Positions 14,822-27,985 of a stretch of DNA of 64,000 nucleotides are shown piece by piece. Each line of letters starts with the position of its first letter. Positions within the stretch are counted from its first letter, which is position 1. Below the pieces are notes generated by a model, which ran no database searches, was not told where the DNA came from, and was given only the letters and a program-made list of their open reading frames with translations. Source of the stretch: the human T2T-CHM13v2.0 reference genome, Homo sapiens. Location of the stretch: NCBI RefSeq assembly GCF_009914755.1, contig NC_060927.1. One strand, given 5' to 3'. A program made the position numbers and the translations under genes.

Positions 14822-15255
14822 TAATTGACCCTTGAACGACACTGGGGTTAGAGGTGCTGTTGCCTGCACAGTTGAAAATTCACATGTAACTTGTGACTAC
14901 CCCACAGTTTAACTACTAATAGCCTACTCGACCAAATGCCTTACCAATAATATAAAGTCGATTAACACATATTTTGTAGGATAAATTTATTATATACTAT
15001 ATTCTTACAGTAAAGTAAGCTAGAGAAAAGACAATGTTATTAAGAAAATCATAAGCAAACTAAATTTACTATTCATTAAGCTGAAGTGGATCAGCATAAC
15101 GTTCTTCATCCTTATTGTCCTCCATTGATAGGCTGAGAAGGAAGAAGAAGAGGAAAGGTTGGTTTTTCTGTCTCAGAGGTAACAGAGTTGGAAGGGTATC
15201 TGCACATAAGTTGGCCTGCGCAGTTCAAACTTGTATTGTTCAAGGGCCAACTGTA
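14822..15255. mobile_element. Tigger2a/MER28-type non-autonomous DNA transposon
   Basis: Terminal inverted repeats ttgacccttgaac… / …gttcaagggccaactg followed by TA. Confidence 0.8.
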
Positions 15256-16253
15256 TTCTTTACTGAAACCCTAAGGGTGTTGCATGTTGTTATTTAGATA
15301 AGTCATTACAATTCAAAAATGTGAGGAGAAATTTACTTCTAGAAATTTTACAACCTTGCTTAGGAAAGTAGCTCTAACTCTTCATTAAGAAATAATTCCA
15401 TTGAAAGATTCACCCAAACAGCATCTGTATGGCAGTCTAATGATGTAGCATATAACAGCTGTAAACACAATAAAGTGTTTCTGGCAAAATAAACATATAT
15501 TTTGAATTAAATACAGTATCAAAAATGTTTTTTAATAAATATGCTTATATTAGATGCTCATTCTTACAGTTTGAACATTTAAAGCAGTTACTAATAGGCT
15601 ATGCTTTATGGTTATTAAATATTATAATTCAACATGTGATTAAAAGGGAAAATAGGAAAAAGTGCATATTAAAAATACATTTTCTATATATATTAATAGA
15701 AAAGGTGTGTTTAAGGAGTGGGACTGGCTTCTGTTTCTCTGACATCCCTAGCTCTTTCAAGCTGTGTGGTCTTGCTCTTCTGTTTCCTTTTCCTGGGAAG
15801 CTCTGCCATAGATGCGGCATGACTGATTCTGTTGTCATTCTTATCTCAGAGCACATGTCAGGAAAAGCTTCCTCGATGCTCTGATCTAAAAGAGCTTTTC
15901 TCCTATTTGACTACTCAGTTGCTCAATAGTATCTCTTGGTTTTCTTCAGAGCTTTTGTTATCAACCAATATTATCTTTGTCATCTATTTGTGTTTTATTT
16001 GTTAGTTTATTATTTGTATCCTAACCTATAATTCTGTAAGGGCAGGTACTGAGTGCCTGGAACATAGTCAGCCCTAAATAAATATTGCTTGATTAATGAA
16101 TGACCAAAATAAAATAACATATGTATTCTGTATTTTATAGTTGGAAATTATAAAAATATTTGTTTAGTTGGCTAAATGAATTAACATATGCAGATTTTCC
16201 CTAACACAGGGAATTGGAGATGGGAGGCCATGAGGGCTACTAATAGCACTCAC

Positions 16254-16313
16254 ATTCTCTGAACCAGAGTAACTCAGCCTTGACATCTTGATATACTGGT
16301 TTGTCCACATCAG
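16254..16313 (-). pseudogene. 60-nt exon, xDVDKPVYQDVKAELLWFRE (also open in phase 0 as LMWTNQYIKMSRLSYSGSEN)
   Basis: ttttaatatgtcttatag|CTGATG…GAGAAT|gtgagt, strong splice sites; DVD..V…V…L resembles the RGS 'VNID..T…I…L' helix. Confidence 0.7.
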
Positions 16314-17130
16314 CTATAAGACATATTAAAAGCAATGTAGTTCTCATTATACTCAGTAATGATTTTGAATTATGTAGTGTTCTTACCCTAATATTTTTCT
16401 TTTTACAATTTGTAAATAACTTGTACACATTCATGGCAGTGTTCTGTGCATGCTAGGAGCACCTTGTATATGTGCAAATGTACAGAATATTTTGAGAGCT
16501 AGTGCTCAAAGTTACCTTTGTTTGTAGGAAAACAGGTGTTCTAGGTAGGCTGAATAACCGAAGCTATAATTTGTTGAGGGAAGAGAAGATGATCAATGTG
16601 TCTTTATGTCCACAGTGCATTGTCAGTACCTCATATAGTGAATCTGATCTCAAAGTTTTCTATCAAATTTTAGAATTAATTAATAAAGCAGATAAACGGT
16701 ATTATTTAACTGGCCTAACAAGGCCCTATAATGTTTGCCATTTATTCATAGAATTAACTTTTGTAGTATAGATTTTTATAGGGTGATTATGGTGATCATT
16801 TTCCCCAAAATATCCCATCAATAATTTAGGCATCTCCCACGAGAAAAATAGGACTAGATCCTTTGTTTGTCAGTAATTCCAAAAAGGTGAAGAGACTTTC
16901 TTAAGCCAATGTCATGGTTTTTCACAACTTTGGCCATTCTTTGCAAACTTCACATATCTACCACTATTCCTTCTTCAGCTTGCTATACTGTTCACTCTTG
17001 CCATTCTTTTGTCCTAAGATAAAAATAACTGAATTAACTGATGTTATTTGTAGGATATGTTTTTTCCTTCCAACAAATAAAGATTACATGGGTTGACTTG
17101 TGTTTACCATAAAGATGTTGAAGTCCTAAT

Positions 17131-18020
17131 TCTTTTTTAAAAATTTTATTTTAATTTTGTGTTAGTCCGTTTTTATGCTGCTGATAAAGACATACCATAG
17201 ACTGGGAAGAAAAAGAGGTTTAATTGGACTTACAGTTCCACATGACTGGGGAGGCCTCAGAATCATGGCGGAAGGTGAAAGGCACTTCTTACATGCCGGT
17301 GGCAAGAGAAAATGAGGAAGAAGCAAAAGCAGAAACCCCTGATAAACCCAGCAGATCTTATGAGACTTATTCACTATCAGGAGAATAGCATGAGAAAGAC
17401 TGGCCCCCATGATTCAATTACCTCTCCCTGGGTCCCTCCCACAACATGTGAGAATTCTGGGAGATATAATTCAAGTTGAGATTTGGGTGGGGACACAGCC
17501 AAACCATATCACATTATATCTTTATTTCCATAGGTTTTGAGGGGAACAGGTGGTGTTTGGTTACATAAGTTCTTTAATGATTATTTTGTGAGATTTTGGT
17601 GCACCGATCACCCGAGCTCTATACCCTGTACCCAATTTTAGTCTTTTATTCCTCACCCGTCCCGCATTTTCCCCCGAGTCCCCCATGTCCGTTGTGTCAT
17701 TCTTATGCCTTTGCACCCTCATAGCTTAGTTCCTACTTATGAGTAAGAATATATGGTGTTTGGTTTTGCCTTCCTGAGTTACTTCACTTAAAATAATGGT
17801 CTCCAATTTGATTCAGCAGTTCCACTACTGGCTCTCTACCCAGAGGAAAAGAAGTCATTATACAAAAAAGATACTTGCACATGCATGTTTATAGCAGCAC
17901 AATTTGCAATTGCAAACATATGGAACCAGCCCAAATGCCCATCAATAGATAAGTGGATAAAGAAATATATATACCATGGGATAGCGTTCTATCCATAAAA
18001 AGGAATGAAATAATGGCATT
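17131..18020 (-). mobile_element. L1PB-type 3' end with 5' inversion (inverted piece ~17815-18020)
   Basis: Antisense 3' UTR joined to a sense ORF2-end fragment. Confidence 0.8.
17158..17511 (-). mobile_element. THE1-family solo LTR (THE1C-like)
   Basis: tgtgttagtccgttttt…gggacacagccaaaccatatca. Confidence 0.9.
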
Positions 18021-19394
18021 TGAAATCCTCATTTTTAGTACCTATGAAAGTGAACTTATTTAGAAATAGAGTCTTTGCCAATAATGAGGTTAAGATGAGG
18101 TTCTTAAGGTGGACCCCAATCCCGTATGACTGGTGTCCTTATGAAAGAGGGAAATTTGGACATAGACACAGATCCATATTACAGGGAAGACAATGTGAAG
18201 ACACATGAAGAACATCATCTATAACTAAGAAACTAGGAGGGAGGCACGGAACAGATTCTTTATCACAGCCGTTAGAAGGCACCAACCCTGCCTACATCTT
18301 GATATTGGACTTCTAATTTCCAACTGTAAACTACTTAAGTAAATTTATTGACTTACAGTATATGATGGTTTATATGGCAGTCCTACAAAACTAATACAGG
18401 GCAAAAACTAACTGAGAATCATGAGTTAGATAATAATAACTGATTTGAGCAATTTAAACATGTCCAGTTGGTATTATGGCTTCAAATAGAAAAAGATCTT
18501 CATTGGTGATTAATTTGCAAGTCACTTATTTTTGTATAAATCACTCTAGACAAAGTTGAAAAGAATTTCAGGAAATATAATTTGCCCATTACCATAGGTT
18601 AACTTTTTGCCTGCCATGTTGACTGTTATCAGTTCCTTCTTAATCTAACCTTAGATTTTCCCATTGGGATAGTACCAGTCAGCAATTAAATTAAATATGA
18701 GTTTTTCTAAGTTTCAGGAGCTTACTGAGAGGTGTGTTTTGCTCACAGCATGTGGGTTTTCCACTCCAGGCCTCAGATTAACTTTGACCTAACAAGCTCT
18801 GTAACTGCTTGCAGCACAGCACAGCAAAGTGCCCCCTCCCGCTTCTAGTTACCGTTTCTTCTGTTATCCTTTTTATGTCAAGAGACTGCTTTCTCCTTTA
18901 CCTGTGGCACTCTACACCACATGTGACTTAGATTTACAGTCCAAATAAGAAATTACAGTTGTATGATGTGTACATCTGCCTTATGAGATTTTTAAAAATC
19001 TATCAGGACAAGGAATCCATGGGATCCAAATTGTGTATCTTTCATCAAACCCATTCCTTCATGCCGCTCGTTGTTTCTTTCTGATCAATGCCACGTGAAA
19101 TGAAAAGGATTTCCTTATTAAGCAATGTCATAACCTCCTTCCTAATTTTTATATAATATGAATAAATATAACCTAAAGCAAGTGAGCCAAGAGAGACAGT
19201 ATCCACTTCTTATTTCTACAAAGAAAATTCAGAGATTTTGTCACATCATGGATTTTGCTTTAACTGCATTTACACAACGTGTGTTAGAATGATACTACTT
19301 AGACTGCACAGGGAAAGCTAAATCTAATAATTTATGTTAATACTGTGGCAATCAGTTATTTAAAACTAAATTTGTTAAAACATCAATAACATAC

Positions 19395-19533
19395 TCTTTT
19401 TATAAAACAAGATTCAAACAATTCAACAGGATATATATTTTAAAAATTTTTCTTCAATCTTCATATGATCGTAAAGCATATGATATAAATCGCTAAGATT
19501 TTTTCATTATTTTTTGCAGAATAGCCTATGCAT
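19395..19533 (-). pseudogene. Possible heavily decayed 139-nt exon, phase 0 to 1
   Basis: tatacttatag|ATGCATAGG…AAAAGA|gtatgt. Length and phase fill the gap between exons 20699 and 16313, but it has four in-frame stops. Confidence 0.3.
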
Positions 19534-20698
19534 CTATAAGTATATACAGTATATTAAAGATTATTTCTATTTATAGCGCATTTATATTAAGTGTATTAGT
19601 CTCTCCTTTGTTAAAACTTTAAATTATTGTTTTAAAACAAAATATGTATGCTAGCTTCAACAGGGACAATCACTATCTCACTATTGGGATAATTTACATT
19701 TATTTGAATCCTAGAAAAGTTGTATATTTTTAACGTGTTTATTGGCCATTTATTTTTTTAATATTTTATGAATTGCCTATTCATACCCTTTATTCATTTG
19801 CCTACTACTGATTATATATGCTATTTCTATGCAAATTGAAGCATACTGTAAATGTATACATTTTAAAGTTGGATCCCCTTTCATATAGTTACACACACCA
19901 CGTTGCATTTATGGGTGTGCTATCAGTTATTTTGCCATTCCCTGTCTTGGTGTTCTTGATGGGCATTTAAATTGTTTCATTTTTTAGTCTATTGCAAATA
20001 GAAAATCAACATACTTGCATTGACACTGACATATTTGTATACATATTTGTTTACTTATGTAGAATATTAATACAATGAAAGTTAGTATGTCAGTCAGCAC
20101 ATATATTTTAGATTTTTGATACATATTTTTAATTTACTCTTTAAAATTTGGCAGCAGTTACACTTGTACCAGCAGTGTAGAAGAGTTTTTCTTTTCCCAT
20201 ACCTTAAGCAACACTCAGGGAGTATTAAATAATATATCCTTGGATAATCTGTTCATTTTAAAATGGTGGTTTAATTAGCAATGTTTTAATTTTTTTAAGT
20301 ATGAGTAAGATTGATCTTGAGATATTTTTGTTTTTTTCTGTCGTTACTTTTAATGCACCAAAGATTCTCAAACTCCTCATTTGAAAAATGAATCCAATAG
20401 AAACGTTTTAATTTTATACATAAAATTTTGATTTTAATTTCATACATAAAAGCAAAACAAAATTCCAAGGATATTTTTTGTTCTGACACCATTAAGAAAC
20501 AGAGATTAATATTATTGCTAAGTCAACAAATAATGGAAACAATAAAGCAGAGTTGCAAAATTTTAGAAATTATTCTTTTCACAACTCTCAGCATTGTTCT
20601 CTGAACTCTGGATATCTAAAAACAGTTACTCATATCAAATGAAACTTCCAATTACCATTTAGTAAATGGAAACAGAACAGAGTTATGCTTTCTCATAC

Positions 20699-20804
20699 AT
20701 GTCTCCATGATGGACTAGAGAGTAAAACTGATAACTTTGGAAAAGTTCTCAATGGTACCGTGTTATCAGAACTAGTTTCATGATGTAGAATAGTGTCTGC
20801 TTTT
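20699..20804 (-). pseudogene. 106-nt exon, (R)KADTILHHETSSDNTVPLRTFPKLSVLLSSPSWRH, phase 2 to 0
   Basis: tttttctccctacaatggtag|AAAAGC…AGACAT|gtatga; fully open; LSVLLSSPSWR resembles the RGS start 'L..LL.DP.GR'. Confidence 0.65.
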
Positions 20805-23180
20805 CTACCATTGTAGGGAGAAAAATTGATTTTCTGGTACTTTTTTTTACCAGCAATTAGGACTACTTGCAGCTTCTTGCAAAACAATGGAATTATATTA
20901 GTTAGTAGAGGAAAAAAGGGAATGAAAGAAATTCTGAGAGGCTTAGGTTATACAGAGTAGAAAAGAGATGAGCAAAGGTGAATTTTAAGACATGTAGAAT
21001 GACATATAGAATATTTCATATCTAGATTGTTTTTGTCAATTTGAATTTTTTACTCATTCAAAAATAAAGATAATGTTCATATCAATTAATATATTAGGCA
21101 AACTGGATAACTAGATGTCGCATGTTCCAGAATTTTTCCAATTTTGTGTTTAAACTTTGACTTTTGTCAAATTTTTACTACTGAAATAATTTGATTTGTT
21201 CTGGGGCGTCTGGGTGTGGTGCCATACTTTTATAGGCAATAATGATATGTTTAGCTTCTAGAAAACCTAAAGCACTGTAACTTAAATTTTTCTATTTCAG
21301 AGTAAATACTAAAGATTTTTCAGCTTGATATGTATCATTATGAGAAACATAGTTTACATGACACCATGTATAGAGGATACATGTATAATGGAAACATGCT
21401 GGACATGTCTCCCCTTTTTATTGCAACAAGTATATTAATTATAGACATATCTCATTTCATTGTGCTCACTTAATTGTGCTGCTCGGATACTGCATTTTTT
21501 TTTTTTTACAAATTGAAGGTTGTGGCAATCTTGCATAGAGCCAGTGCGTTGGCTCAATTTTTCAATAGAATGTATTTACTTGGTGTAATTCTTGTAGTGT
21601 TTAAAAAATTTTATTATTATTGTATCTGTTAGGTGATCTGTGATCAGTGATCTTTGAAATTATGTTGTCATTGTTTGGGGTGTTATGAACCATGTTCATC
21701 AAAGATAGTAAACTTAATCCATAACCGTTGTGTGTATTCTGACTACTCTACCATCTATCTGGCTGTTCACCTTTCTCTCTTCCTGTCCTTGGGGCTGCCT
21801 ATTCCCTGAGACACAACACTATTGAAATTAGGCCAATTAATTACCCTACAGTGGCCTTTAAGTGTTCAAATGTTCAAGTGAAAGGAAGAGTGTCACATCT
21901 CTCACTTTAAATAAAAAGCTATAAATGATTAGGCTTAATGAGGAAGGCATGTCAAAAGCCAAAAAAGGCTCAAAGCTAATCTTTTTGTGCCAGATTGCCA
22001 AATTGTGGGTGCAGAAGTAAAGTTATTAAAGAAAATTAAAAGTGCTACTCCATTAAACACACAAATGATAAGAAAGCAAAACAGCCTTATTGCCAATATG
22101 GAGAAAGTTTTAGTGGTCTGGATAGAAGATCAAACCAGCCACAACATTCCGTTAAGCCAAAACCTAATTCAGAGAAAGACACTAATTCTCTTTAATTCTG
22201 TGAAGGCTGAGAGAGGTAAGGAAGTGACAGAAGAAAAGTTGGAAGCTGACAGAGATTGGTTCATGAGGTTTAAGGATGAAAGTCATGTTCATAGCATAAT
22301 AATGCAAGGTGAAGCAGCAAGTGCTGATGTAAAAACTGCAGCAAGTTATCCAGAAGATCTAGCTAATATAATGGATGAAGGTAGCTACACTAACAACATA
22401 TTTTAATTTTAGACAGAGCAGCATTGTATTGGAAGAGGATGCTCTCTAGAACTTTTACAGCTAGAGAGAAGTCAATGCCTGACTTTGAAGCTTCAAAGGA
22501 CAGACTGACACTGCTGTTACGGGCTAATGCAGCTTGTAATGTTGAGTGGGAGTCAGTGCTCATTTGCTATTCCAAAAATTCTAGGACCCTTAAGAATTAT
22601 GGTAAATCTACTCTGCCTGTGCTCTGTAAATGGAACAACAAAGCCTTGATGACAGCACATCTATTTATAGCATGGTTTACCAAACATTGTGGAGAGCTAC
22701 AGCCCAGAAAAAATGATTCCTCTCAAAATACTACTGCTAATTGACAATGTATCTAGTCACCCAAGAGTTCTGATGGAGATGTACAAGATTAGTGTTGTAT
22801 TCATGTCTGCTAAATACAACATCTGTGCTATAGCCCATAGATCAAGTAGGGATTTTAACTTTTAATCTTATCATTTAAGAATACATTTTTGCAAGGCTAT
22901 TGCTGCCCTGAATAGTGATTCTTCTGATGAATCTGGCAAAATAAATTGAAAACTTCCTGGAAAAAGCTCACCATTTTACATGCCATTAGGAACATTTGTG
23001 ATTTATGGGAGGTGAAAATATCAACATTAATAGGAGTTGGAAGAAGTTGATTCCAACCCTCTTGGATGAGTTTGTGGGGTTCAAGACTTCAGTGGAGAAA
23101 GTAACTGCAGATGTTGTGGAAATAGCAAGAGAACTACAATTAAAGTGGAGCTTGAAGGTATAACGGAACAGATGCAATCT

Positions 23181-24546
23181 ATATATATATATATACTTTA
23201 AGTTCTAGGGTACATGTGCACAACGTGCAGGCTCATTACATAGGTATACATGTGCCATGCTGGCCCGCTGTACCCATCAACCCATCATTTACATTAGGTA
23301 TTTCTCCCAGTACTATCCCTGCCCCCGCCCCATCCCCCTCCCCTGACAGGCCCCAGTGTGTGATGTTCCCCGCCCTTTGTCCAAGTGTTCTCATTGTTCA
23401 ATTCCCACCTATGAGTGAGAACATGCGCTGTCTGGTTTTCTGTCCTTGTGATAGTTTGCTGAGAATGATGGTTTCCAGCTTCATCCATGTCCCTGCAAAG
23501 GACATGAACTCATCCTTTTTTATGGCTGCATAGTATTCCATGGTGTGTATGTGCCACATTTTCTTAATCCAGTCTATCATTGTTGGACATTTGGCTTGGT
23601 TCCAAGTCTTTGCTATTGTCAATAGTGTTGTAATAAATATATGTGTGCATGTGTCTTTATAGCAGCATGATTTATAATCCTTTGGGTATATACCCAGTAA
23701 TGGGATTGCTGGGCCAAATGGTATTTCTACCTCTAGATCCTTGAGGAATCGCCACACTGTCTTCCACAATGGTTGAACAAGTTTACACTCCAACCAACAG
23801 TGTAATAGTGTTCCTATTTCTCCACATCCTCTCCAGTACCTGTTGTTTCCTGACTTTTTAATGATCACCATTCTAACTGGTGTGAGATGGTATCTCATTG
23901 TGGTTTTGATTTGCATTTCTCTGATGAACAGTGATGATGAGCATTTTTTCACATGTCTGTTGGCTGCATAAATGTCTTCTTTTGAGAAGTGTCTGTTCAT
24001 ATCCTTTGCCCATTTTTTGATGTGATTGTTTGTTTTTTTCTTGTAAATTTGTTTAAGTTCTTTGCAGATTCTGGATATTAGCCCTTTTTCAGATGGGTAG
24101 ATTGCAAAAAATTTCTCCCATTCTGTAGGTTACCTGTTCACTTTGATGGTAGTTTCTTTTGCTGTGCAGAAGCTCTTTTGTTTAATTAGATCCCATTTGT
24201 CTATTTTGGCTTTTGTTGCCATTGCTTTTGGTGTTTTAGTCATGAAGTCCTTGCCCATGCCTATGTCCTGAATGGTATTGCTTAGGTTTTCTTCTAGGGT
24301 TTTTATGGTTTTAGGTCTAACATGTAAGTCTTTAATCCATCTTGAATTAATTTTTATATAAGGTGTAAGGAAGGGATCCAGTTTCAGCTTTCTACATATG
24401 GCTGGCCAGTTTTCCCAGCACCAGTTATTAAATAGGGAATCCTTTCCCCATTTCTTGTTTTTGTCGGGTTTGTCAAATATCAGATGGTTGTAGATGTGTG
24501 GTGTTATTTCTGAGGCCTCTGTTCTGCTCCATTGGTCTATATCTCA
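23181..24546 (-). mobile_element. 5'-truncated L1PA (about 1.4 kb)
   Basis: 200-aa ORF2 C-terminus at 23398-24000; perfect 14-bp TSD aacagatgcaatct at 23167-23180 and 24547-24560; tail is (TA)n. Confidence 0.95.
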
Positions 24547-24719
24547 AACAGATGCAATCTTGTGATAAAACTTGAATGGATGAGGAGTTCTTCTTATGGA
24601 TGAGCAAAGAAAATTGTTTCTTGAGATGTAATCTACTACTGGTGAGGATGCTGTGATCATTGTTGAAATGACAACAAGGAGTTTAGAATGTTGCATCAAC
24701 TTAGTTGATATAGCAGCAG

Positions 24720-25411
24720 CCATTGTGAAGACAGTGTGGCGATTCCTCAAAGACTTAAAGACAGGAACACCATTGGAACCAGCAGTCCCATTACTGGGTA
24801 TATACCCAAAGGAATATAAATCATTCTATTACAAAGACACATGCATGTATATGTTCATTGCAACACTGTTTACAATAGCAAAGGCATGGAATCAACCTAA
24901 ATGCCCATCAATGTTAGACTGATGAGCATACATGCATGCATATGTTCATTGCAACACTGTTTACAATAGCAAAGACATGGAATCAACCTAAATGCCCATC
25001 AATGTTAGGATGAAGACAATGTGGTAGATATACACCATGGGATACTGTACAGCCATAAAAAAGAATGAGATCATGTCTTTTTCAGGGACATGGATGGAGA
25101 GGGAGACCATTATCCTTAGCAAACTAACACAGGAACAGAAAACCAAATACCACATGTTCTCTCTTAAAAGTGGGAACTAAATGATGAGAACACACAGACA
25201 CATTGAGGGGAACAAAACACACTGGGCCTATCAGAGGGTGGAAGGTGGGAGGAGGGAGAGGATCAGGAAAAACAACTAATCAGTACTAGCCTTAATACCT
25301 GGGTGATGAACTAATATGTACAACAGACCCCTATGACACAAGTTTACCTGTTTAACAATCGTGCACATGTACCCCTGAATTTAAATTAAAAGTAAAAAAA
25401 AAAAAAAAAAA
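24720..25411 (+). mobile_element. 5'-truncated L1PA with an internal tandem duplication (period about 91 bp)
   Basis: L1 3' end with poly(A); duplicated unit starts at ~24839 and ~24930. Confidence 0.9.
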
Positions 25412-26176
25412 GCAACCACAGGGTTTGAGAGGGTTGACTCCAGTTTTGGAAAAAGTTATACTGTGGGTAAAATGCTGTCAAATAACATTGAATACTACAA
25501 AGAAATTTTTCATGAAAGGAAGAGTCCATTGATGCAGCAAACTTTATTGTCTTATTTTAAGAAATTACCACAGCCACCCCAGCCTTCAGCAGCTACCATC
25601 CTGATCTGTCAGCAACCATCAACGTTGAGGCAAGGCTCTCCACCAGCAAAAAAATTACGACTTGCTGAAGGCTCACATGATTGTTAGGTTTTTTTTTTTT
25701 TTGCAATGTTTTAAAATTAAGGTACGTAAATTGTTTTCAACATGTTGCTGTTGCACATTTAATAGAATGCACTGTAGTGTAAACATAACGTTAATATGCA
25801 CTTGGAAACCAAAGGGTCTGTGTGACTTGCTTTATTGTGAAATGCAGTTTATTGGGGTGGTTTGTTACTGAACCCACAATATCTCCATGGTGTGCCTGTA
25901 ATTTACCAATGCTTCTTATATACTACATTTTAAAAGATAATAACAATGTTCCAATGAATATCTGTATTAGCACTGCACTTACCGAAATAATGTAACCTTC
26001 CCAGACCTGGTTATAAAATGGATTGCAAAGTACTATGGTACTGGAAATAACTTTCAAATCGAGCTGCAACAACTCAGTTTGGAAGTGTGGGGGAGGGAGT
26101 TAATGGCAGGATATTGCAGCCATTTCATATACTGTTTTTTTCTTTGTAATGAAACTATTTTCCAAACAAAACTTAC

Positions 26177-26277
26177 CTCAGAAATAAGTAGTTTTTCTCA
26201 TCAAAAGCTGGAGAACTCTCCAAAAGTGCTTATATCACATAATTAGCATTTTCTATAACTATTTTTGCAGGAGGCAT
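26177..26277 (-). pseudogene. 101-nt exon, MPPAKIVIENANYVI*ALLESSPAFDEKNYLFL(R), with a premature TAA
   Basis: attctcttccag|ATGCCT…TTCTGAG|gtaagt; stop at 26230-26232; spacing matches the RGS C-terminal helices (P….F/I..A…I..LM/LE). Confidence 0.7.
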
Positions 26278-26422
26278 CTGGAAGAGAATATTCAAAGAGT
26301 ATGTAATGAACCTAAACTCAGGAATGTATAAAATGTGTAACACTTATAAGAACAGAAATTACTGTATATGAAGAAATATAGTTGATGACTTCACAAATTA
26401 AACTACAAAAAAAGCAGCTTAC

Positions 26423-26447
26423 AGTGAGAAATGAATATTCTCCCAAA
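26423..26447 (-). pseudogene. Possible 25-nt micro-exon, xLGEYSFLT, phase 2 to 0
   Basis: ttcttaaattgacag|TTTGGG…CTCACT|gtaagc. Confidence 0.4.
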
Positions 26448-26752
26448 CTGTCAATTTAAGAACATAGTGCTTATATATAAAGTATACATGTTTATGACAC
26501 ATACAATGTTTCATATGTATGTGGTTTTTTGCTTGTTTGAATTTCCTGTTCCTTTAAAAATAAAGATAACATACATATTGATATGAATGTTAGCAAAACT
26601 GAGTAATTATACATCACATATTTCAATTTTTTTGGAATATATAGGCTTGATTTGAGCATTTGAGACAAAGCACATAGACATATGCTTATATACTTTAATA
26701 GTTGTATTTACACCATAAGGTGAGAAACAGACTTTAAAAAGTAATGACTCAC

Positions 26753-26871
26753 TCTTTTACAAAAACTAGAAGTGCTTTTGTATAGTTTTGCACCTACTGA
26801 TTTTATGAAATGTGGAGGTGACTTGCTATAGTTTTGTTTAGTTTTGTATTCCTCAACATAATGCCATATTC
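26753..26871 (-). pseudogene. Exon xIWHYVEEYKTKQNYSKSPPHFIKSVGAKLYKSTSSFCKR with an apparently mutated acceptor
   Basis: Donor AAAAGA|gtgagt; 39 open codons; T-rich tract ends …ccatatat| (AT instead of AG). IWHYVEEYK resembles RGS 'FWLACEEYK'. Confidence 0.55.
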
Positions 26872-27819
26872 ATATATGGAAAAAAAAAGATTTTTGTCAA
26901 ATTGGCACTAAAAAGATGTAACAAGCAGAATTCAGAATATTCTTGGTCTCAGGAGTTTAAACAGATAAGAATGCAGAATTAACAGGTCTATTGAAATTAG
27001 GCAGGAACTGATGAAAATTTTAAAATATCTTCCAAAATTTTAGGAAAAATTACAAATAAACTATAACATTACCTATGAAGGCTTAAAGATTTTAACATGT
27101 AAAAGGATTTTATAAATTATTTTAAAATGCCACTCTCTCAATAGAAAATCAGGCAAAGGACAAAAACAGCAGTTCAAAGAAACATTTTTTAAGAACTACA
27201 GAAAGCTAATGTGCACCATGAAAGTGTTCAAAATCAAATATAAGTTAATACTCAAGGAGATAGCTGTTTATCTCCATTAAACTAATACATCCTTTACAAA
27301 TGATTATGTGTATTTTTTCTTTCCAGGTTAGATTGAAACTGACACACTTATACAGTTCTGGTGTAAGTATACATTTTAGTCAGCATACCAGTAGGCCTTC
27401 AATGTCAATACACTTTAACTATGTGATTCCATTTCTATTCTAAGGATATATGCACACATAAAAATCAGAACTTGCATTCGCTGTAGTATTATTTAAAAAG
27501 AAAAGATAAAATAATCTAGATGTCCAAATATGAGATTATCAACATTATGATATACCATAACAATAATACAATTTTCATGCATCAATTAAAATAATATTTA
27601 AAATATTATTATATTTTTAAAATAATGTTAGAAAATGCTGATTATATTTTGATAAAATTTGGGGAACAAAATTTATATACCAACTTAAAATTATTTTCAA
27701 CTTGAATGCAAATTTTGAAAGAAAATTTATCCAAATATTATGTGTTAATCTTTGTAAATTGAGAAGCTTTTTTGCAATTATAAAATAAGCATATATCATT
27801 TTAAAAATTGTCTTTGTTT

Positions 27820-27985
27820 TTTAATTAATTTTTGATTGAAAAGTAAAAATTATATATGTTTATCATGTATAACATGTTGTTTTGAAATATGTATATATTG
27901 TAGAATGGCTACATTGAGCTAATTAGCATATGCATCACCTCACATTTATCATTTTTGTGGTAAGAACACTTAAAATCTCTTTTGC
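27820..27985 (-). mobile_element. L1MA-type 3' end
   Basis: ttgttttgaaatatgtatatattgtagaatggct…gtggtaagaacacttaaaatct. Confidence 0.7.

Larger units (their letters stand above)
17090..18398 (+). mobile_element. MLT1B/C-type LTR split by an L1 (pieces ~17090-17130 and ~18020-18398)
   Basis: MLT1 motifs resume after the insertion; degenerate TSD ttgaagtcctaatt / ttgaaatcctcatt. Confidence 0.75.
21441..25900 (+). mobile_element. Near full-length Tigger1 DNA transposon with a decayed pogo-type transposase, interrupted by two L1s
   Basis: ORFs 21987-22406 and 22424-22744 ([41 protein letters not shown]; SKDRLTLLL) and 25463-25687; both ends present, right end …gtgtgcctg-ta. Confidence 0.92.

Noticed and set aside
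21987-22744. Transposase ORFs as a domesticated TIGD-type gene
   Set aside because: Broken by stops, frameshifts and two L1 insertions.
23398-24000. Longest ORF (200 aa)
   Set aside because: C-terminus of L1 ORF2 in a truncated insertion.
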